64,000 nucleotides of DNA, from NCBI GenBank assembly GCA_964035545.1, contig OZ037767.1:11852581-11916580 (forward strand). Direction: 5' to 3'. Of the stretch, positions 59,801-64,000 are shown one piece after another (position 1 is the stretch's first letter; every line of letters starts with the position of its first letter). The translations under genes and the position numbers were made by a program. A model generated the notes under the pieces. It ran no database searches, was not told the DNA's origin, and saw only the letters and a program-made list of their open reading frames with translations. This DNA is from Bugula neritina. Lineage: Eukaryota > Animalia > Bryozoa.

Positions 59801-62800
59801 TTTGGGCACACAGGATACTGTTTTTCACTAAATAATTTATCAAGAAACTTAATAAAGTCTAAACGGCACCTTCTTTGATCAAAACCGTCCACAATAAAAT
59901 CCTCGATTTTACTATCTATTTTAAATTTGTTTTCAGGTCTAATATTTTCTTGCGGTCGACTTAATGGAATTCTTCCTGATCCAGTACTGGAAAATTGATT
60001 TTCAATACCTACATAACAAGTCCATTCTGAGTTTACTAGATTGGTTAAATAACTACTTTTAGGGCACACATCGGGGCGTGATTGTGAAACCGAGTCTAGG
60101 GGCATGCCAGGTACTAACTGCAGAGTATGTGAGCTCATACCTGAAGAGTCTGTCTGGGCATCAGAGTCACTGTCAGCACTGTCTGCCAAGTCTCCTGGTG
60201 TCTGTAAACAAAGTGCTGACATTTGAGTTACCAGCATTACGACCACACCAAAATCTTAAATTAGTCTTACATGATAATAAAAAGTATATAATATACATGT
60301 GACTAACACGTTCATCCCAAGTACTGCCTATCCAGTAAGCAGATGATTTGACTGAACTAAAGCCTAAGCCATGACCAAAAAAGCTGCCAAATTCTGTAAA
60401 ACAATCATGATATAAAACTCGCTTTAAACTAAGTTTAAAGACAGCCAGCCCCCTGTCAACCACAAATACGATACAGAGTGGCAGTTAATCATCACAGGTC
60501 AAAGCAAATTAAACTATTCAGCATACCACAGTATCTGTGGTCGGTGGGAACTCAGAAGCCTCTGGTTTCTTTGTCTCAGGAACAGCGTCAGCTTCTGGTA
60601 CGGTATTCATATGTGGTAACGTGCTGACTGGCTCACTAGGTATATCATCCGATGACTTCTCATTGGTCGGAGGACTTGGATCTGGCAATATTACAAAATA
60701 AATCAGTTAAAGGATTGCTCTATCTTGTCTAATAAATGGCCATTTAGGTCAAACACACATAATATTGTGTTTTTCTAAGCATGCATTGACAAAAAGCATT
60801 TGACCAAAGGTAGAAAAAGTTAGTTGAAGTTGAGGGTGTAGATTGGTAACAGCCAAAACGCCGATTTTGAAATGAGTTGGGAAATGTGACGTAACAGCGC
60901 CAGCATTCCTGCTGATCACGTGACTATACAAATGAATAACTATAGAAATATGACTGTGAGATGTGATCTTTCAGCTCGTAATTTGTATATTTATAGAAGT
61001 GCAAATGTGAATTATCTCAATCTATAGTTTTTTGACATGTTAAATAACATGTATGTGATAACATTAGGCCATATTTTGCTTGTAAACATAGAAAAAAGCA
61101 TTGCAAAAACATGCATTCTTTAGGATGAATGCCTGCGATCGATCTAAACTAGGTCAGATTGTGCAATATTACGGGCGCACCAAAGCTGACCTATATAGCG
61201 CGCTTTAACTGCTTGAGCGTTATTGATTGATGTTGCGCTTAGCAACCTTGAATACTAGCGTTATAGTTAGCACGTGCAGCATAGTTACTGGCGTTCACAC
61301 GTCACGTATTAGGCTATTCCTTTTCATGGCTGAAAATTTTACCTCCCTAAAAATTGGAATTTTGAAAAGCTGTTTTCTAGGCATATATCCCTTTGCAAAG
61401 TCACAATTGTTTGCATACACATTAGATTATAGTTCATAATTATAATGTGATTGTAATAAACTAAGATAGAGCAATCCTTTAAAGACACCAACTGCCTGTG
61501 TATACCTTGGTGAGCCTCATGGCGAGATAGTAAAATACAACTGAGATGGTTGATACCATGCTTTAGAAATAATTAAAATATAATTAGTTTAAGGTTTCAA
61601 ATTTTAGTAATTCACATAGATTTAGCAGCTTTGATTATAGCTTAGGATTATAGTATGAGAGCTGCAGCAGAATAATTTATAAAGAACATGAATTTAATAA
61701 TTATGACTTGTTTTACTGAATTGAACATACCTTCAGTATTAGCAGGATCTGAACTAGCTTTCGGTACAGTTGTATCAACACCCTGCAGACATAGAGCAAC
61801 ACATTACATTACATGTTAGTATCGAAACACTTTCATAAAAATATGTATTTATGAACTACAGGCTACTGCAGATATTTTATGCTTCAGTCAGCCTAATTAG
61901 TACTTAATCCGAAAATAATCTATTCCATAGACTAGGAGATTTATAAATGACAGTATGTAAAATTCAGTACAGCTATAATAGACAACACAATAGAAAGCAA
62001 GGATTTTGCCATAAACAAATAAAACTTATTTTACCACTGCTGACTTCACATTAATATAAAACACCTACTGGTTCTTCAACAGTAATTGGCTGGTTAGCAT
62101 ATACTTCCAGTTCTTTCACCAAGTTCTTCGGAAATAACCCTTGGGCCACAGGCTAAAACAATTTGGTGAAGACCATAGAATGTAACAAAAATAATTCTAA
62201 GCTGTCTTTCTAATTTACATGCTAACCGCAAATTTTTATTCTCAATGAGAAATACCAACATGTTACCAAAACCTTAAATAGCATATATTGTATAAGCACT
62301 AGTTATAATAAAAGCATTAAATGCAACTGAAAAATATGCAATAAAATACCTTACCTTGACTCCCACCACTTCTCCATACCACAGTTTGTTGAAGGGAGGG
62401 GAGAGGTAGTGGCTAAACACATTTATCTTTTCATGCCTGTAGAAGGTGAGGTAGCCTGGTTTAGTGGCAGTGTAATCCTCATTTGCTTTGACAAGGCTAA
62501 TGGGCTCTAAAATACAGCACAGAAAAACACAACTAAGTAGCCGATATCCTTGATAATTCAAGCAATATAAAAAGAGTGGCATGGGTAAATGGGTGTTGCA
62601 CTAAAAACAACCATCATTTGGGGTATAGCCACATATTTAAAGGTAGAGACAGAATGTAGTTTATCAACAAGAACAGTTCTAGTCTACTGCTATATTCCAA
62701 GAAGTGGTCTATGAAAAAAATAATCACCTTAAAAACTCAAACTATGAACTCATGCTACACAAAATGTACATTCTTTGCCCAGAAAAATGATTTAATTTTC

Positions 62801-63999
62801 CCCTATTTAACAAAAGTATTACAAATAAAAATAAACGATTCAAAATCATAATAATATTGGCAACAATTTGATTACTAAAATAGATTGCTATCACCATGAA
62901 TGTAGTGGCTGGTGAGATGTTTGTGACAAAAATTGAACAGAAAAACCTTTAAAAAACTAATAAATTACAATCCTAAATCATAGTAGACTGATGTTAAATC
63001 AATATTTATAAAATTTGATAATCATAATGATGATAAAAAGAAATCAATAAATGAATAATCATAATGATGATTATTAAAAATAAAATACCTAATCTAATAA
63101 TTGAAATCAATTAACATAAAATACTATAAAATTAATTCAAACCTTTACTTTTAGAATTAGTGAAGTACGCTAACTCTAAGTTGAATGGAAACCATCACCA
63201 GATAACTCAATTATCAATTAGTGAACATATTTAGTATAAGTATTACTACTACTTTTAATATTAGTATTAGTATTACTATTAGTATTAGTGTAAGTATTAA
63301 ATTATAACCGATTAATTTACCTGAATTTTTACTGAAAATAGTACTTAAAAAAACTAGAAATGTAGAACTCATGAGAAGTAGAGCTACCACTAGAAGTGCA
63401 ACAAACTGAAAATTAAACACAGTATAAATAACTACAAGTATAAGTATTAGTATAAGACTGACTGAGAAATAATCACAATGAGTATGACTGTATCAGTATG
63501 AGTAACTCAAACTGTAATACTGATAATAATAGTATCAGTATGACTATTGCAGTAATACTATTATTATTAGTATTGCTATCAGTATGAGCATGACTATGAG
63601 TATGAGTATAAGTATCAATATTATTATTACTATTAGTATTACTATTAGTATTACTATTACTATTAGTATTAGACTATTACTATTATTTAACATAATGATA
63701 ATAATAACCATAATGTTAACAGTATTAACATTACCATTATGATTATGGTTATCATTATCATTATGTTATTATTGTCATTACGAACTTGCTAATATAAACT
63801 CAAACTTAACTTTAAACGATCAATTATGATCATTTAATACTGATAGTGAAAGCTTACTTGAGCACTCCTTGTTTGCACACGCCTTCAGCTTTACGTTAGA
63901 ACCGCTTAGAGTATCCGTAGGCAAAGGTTGTGCATGAACAGCAACTGTGAACCCCAAAAAGAGCAAAGGTATGATAATATGTCGACCAATAATTTGCAT
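44873..63999 (-). CDS. MIA3: TANGO1 (transport and Golgi organization 1 / MIA3): signal peptide, MIA-type SH3, long acidic lumenal region, TM, coiled coils, proline-rich tail; about 21 exons
   Basis: Exons: 63999-63858 (MQIIGRHIIIPLLFLGFTVAVHA...KACANKECS), 62506-62355 and 62152-62069 (SH3: ANEDY...YLTF...LWYGEV...GLFPKNLVKE), 61782-61731, 60681-60527, 60201-59172, 58878-58772, 58491-58455, 55723-53214 (acidic), 53126-53004, 52867-52693 (IPDTFQP...TM), coiled-coil exons ~51949-46079 including conserved EKKAHESW|LLHRDSER (cf. EKKAHDNW), ~45707-45601, 45374-44873 (Pro/Gln-rich). Phases verified for the 5' half. Confidence 0.92.
46284..46565. repeat. 25-bp minisatellite (actgtagtctgagacacatacactc), about 11 copies, in a TANGO1 intron
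   Basis: Direct observation. Confidence 0.95.
46760..47170. mobile_element. Probable decayed MITE (imperfect terminal inverted repeats)
   Basis: GTCATTTTACCTAATTCAGTACACA versus rc of right end GTCATTTTACTTTACTTAGTACACA; no clear TSD. Confidence 0.5.
48600..48648 (-). mobile_element. Truncated end of a hAT MITE related to 23059-23401
   Basis: rc = CAGGGCTGTCCAACAGGCGACCCCAAGGCCGGATGTGGTCCCCAG, close to the left end of the 23059 element; opposite TIR not found. Confidence 0.75.
51100..51365. repeat. AT-rich ~37-bp degenerate tandem repeat (atagaaactacacagatattatatagatact..), intronic
   Basis: Direct observation. Confidence 0.85.
56378..56432 (-). CDS. MIA3: Putative alternative first coding exon of TANGO1 encoding a signal peptide (MIIKLHLTFLIFILALGA-H)
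   Basis: ATG, 18 codons plus 1 nt, then donor gtgagt; phase 1 matches the acceptor of exon 55723 (C|AT GGT GAA = ...ALGAHG-EDAEQ). Confidence 0.7.
60711..61478. mobile_element. Kolobok-like non-autonomous DNA transposon, 768 bp, in a TANGO1 intron
   Basis: Perfect 16-bp TIR AGGATTGCTCTATCTT / AAGATAGAGCAATCCT with TTAA on both sides (60707-60710, 61479-61482); AG termini fit Kolobok rather than piggyBac (CC). Confidence 0.85.
63220..63790. repeat. Low-complexity (TATTAC/TATTAG/AGTATG) region in TANGO1 intron 1
   Basis: Hexamer-periodic simple repeats. Confidence 0.7.
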
Positions 64000-64000
64000 G

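Overview
AT-rich, intron-containing animal genomic DNA, most likely from an invertebrate; this is inferred from gene content, GT-AG introns and TE types, and the species cannot be determined from the window. Six spliced protein-coding genes can be assembled by hand with compatible exon phases: (1) YME1L1 mitochondrial i-AAA protease (+, 132-9133, first exon upstream of the window); (2) a tandem C2H2 zinc-finger gene (-, about 10.5-22.4 kb, with a 1-nt frameshift); (3) a divergent CHST15-like Golgi sulfotransferase (-, 25493-30272); (4) PEX11G (+, 36668-39522); (5) a GM2-activator/ML-domain lipid-binding protein (+, 40591-42996); (6) a complete TANGO1/MIA3 gene (-, 44873-63999). The zinc-finger intron holds a full-length but decayed Ty3/gypsy LTR retrotransposon (12392-20252, CTAT TSD, tRNA-Leu PBS) that inserted into a decayed piggyBac transposase. 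There are also several non-autonomous DNA transposons (hAT, MULE-like, Kolobok-like, a GATC-rich MITE), two tRNA-derived SINEs and minisatellites. The most notable observation is a hidden signal-peptide-encoding alternative first exon inside TANGO1 (56378-56432). It predicts an SH3-less isoform, and a possible secreted SH3-only readthrough product would make this a multi-product MIA2/TALI/cTAGE5-like locus. No prokaryotic-type novel system (CRISPR, defence operon etc.) is supported.
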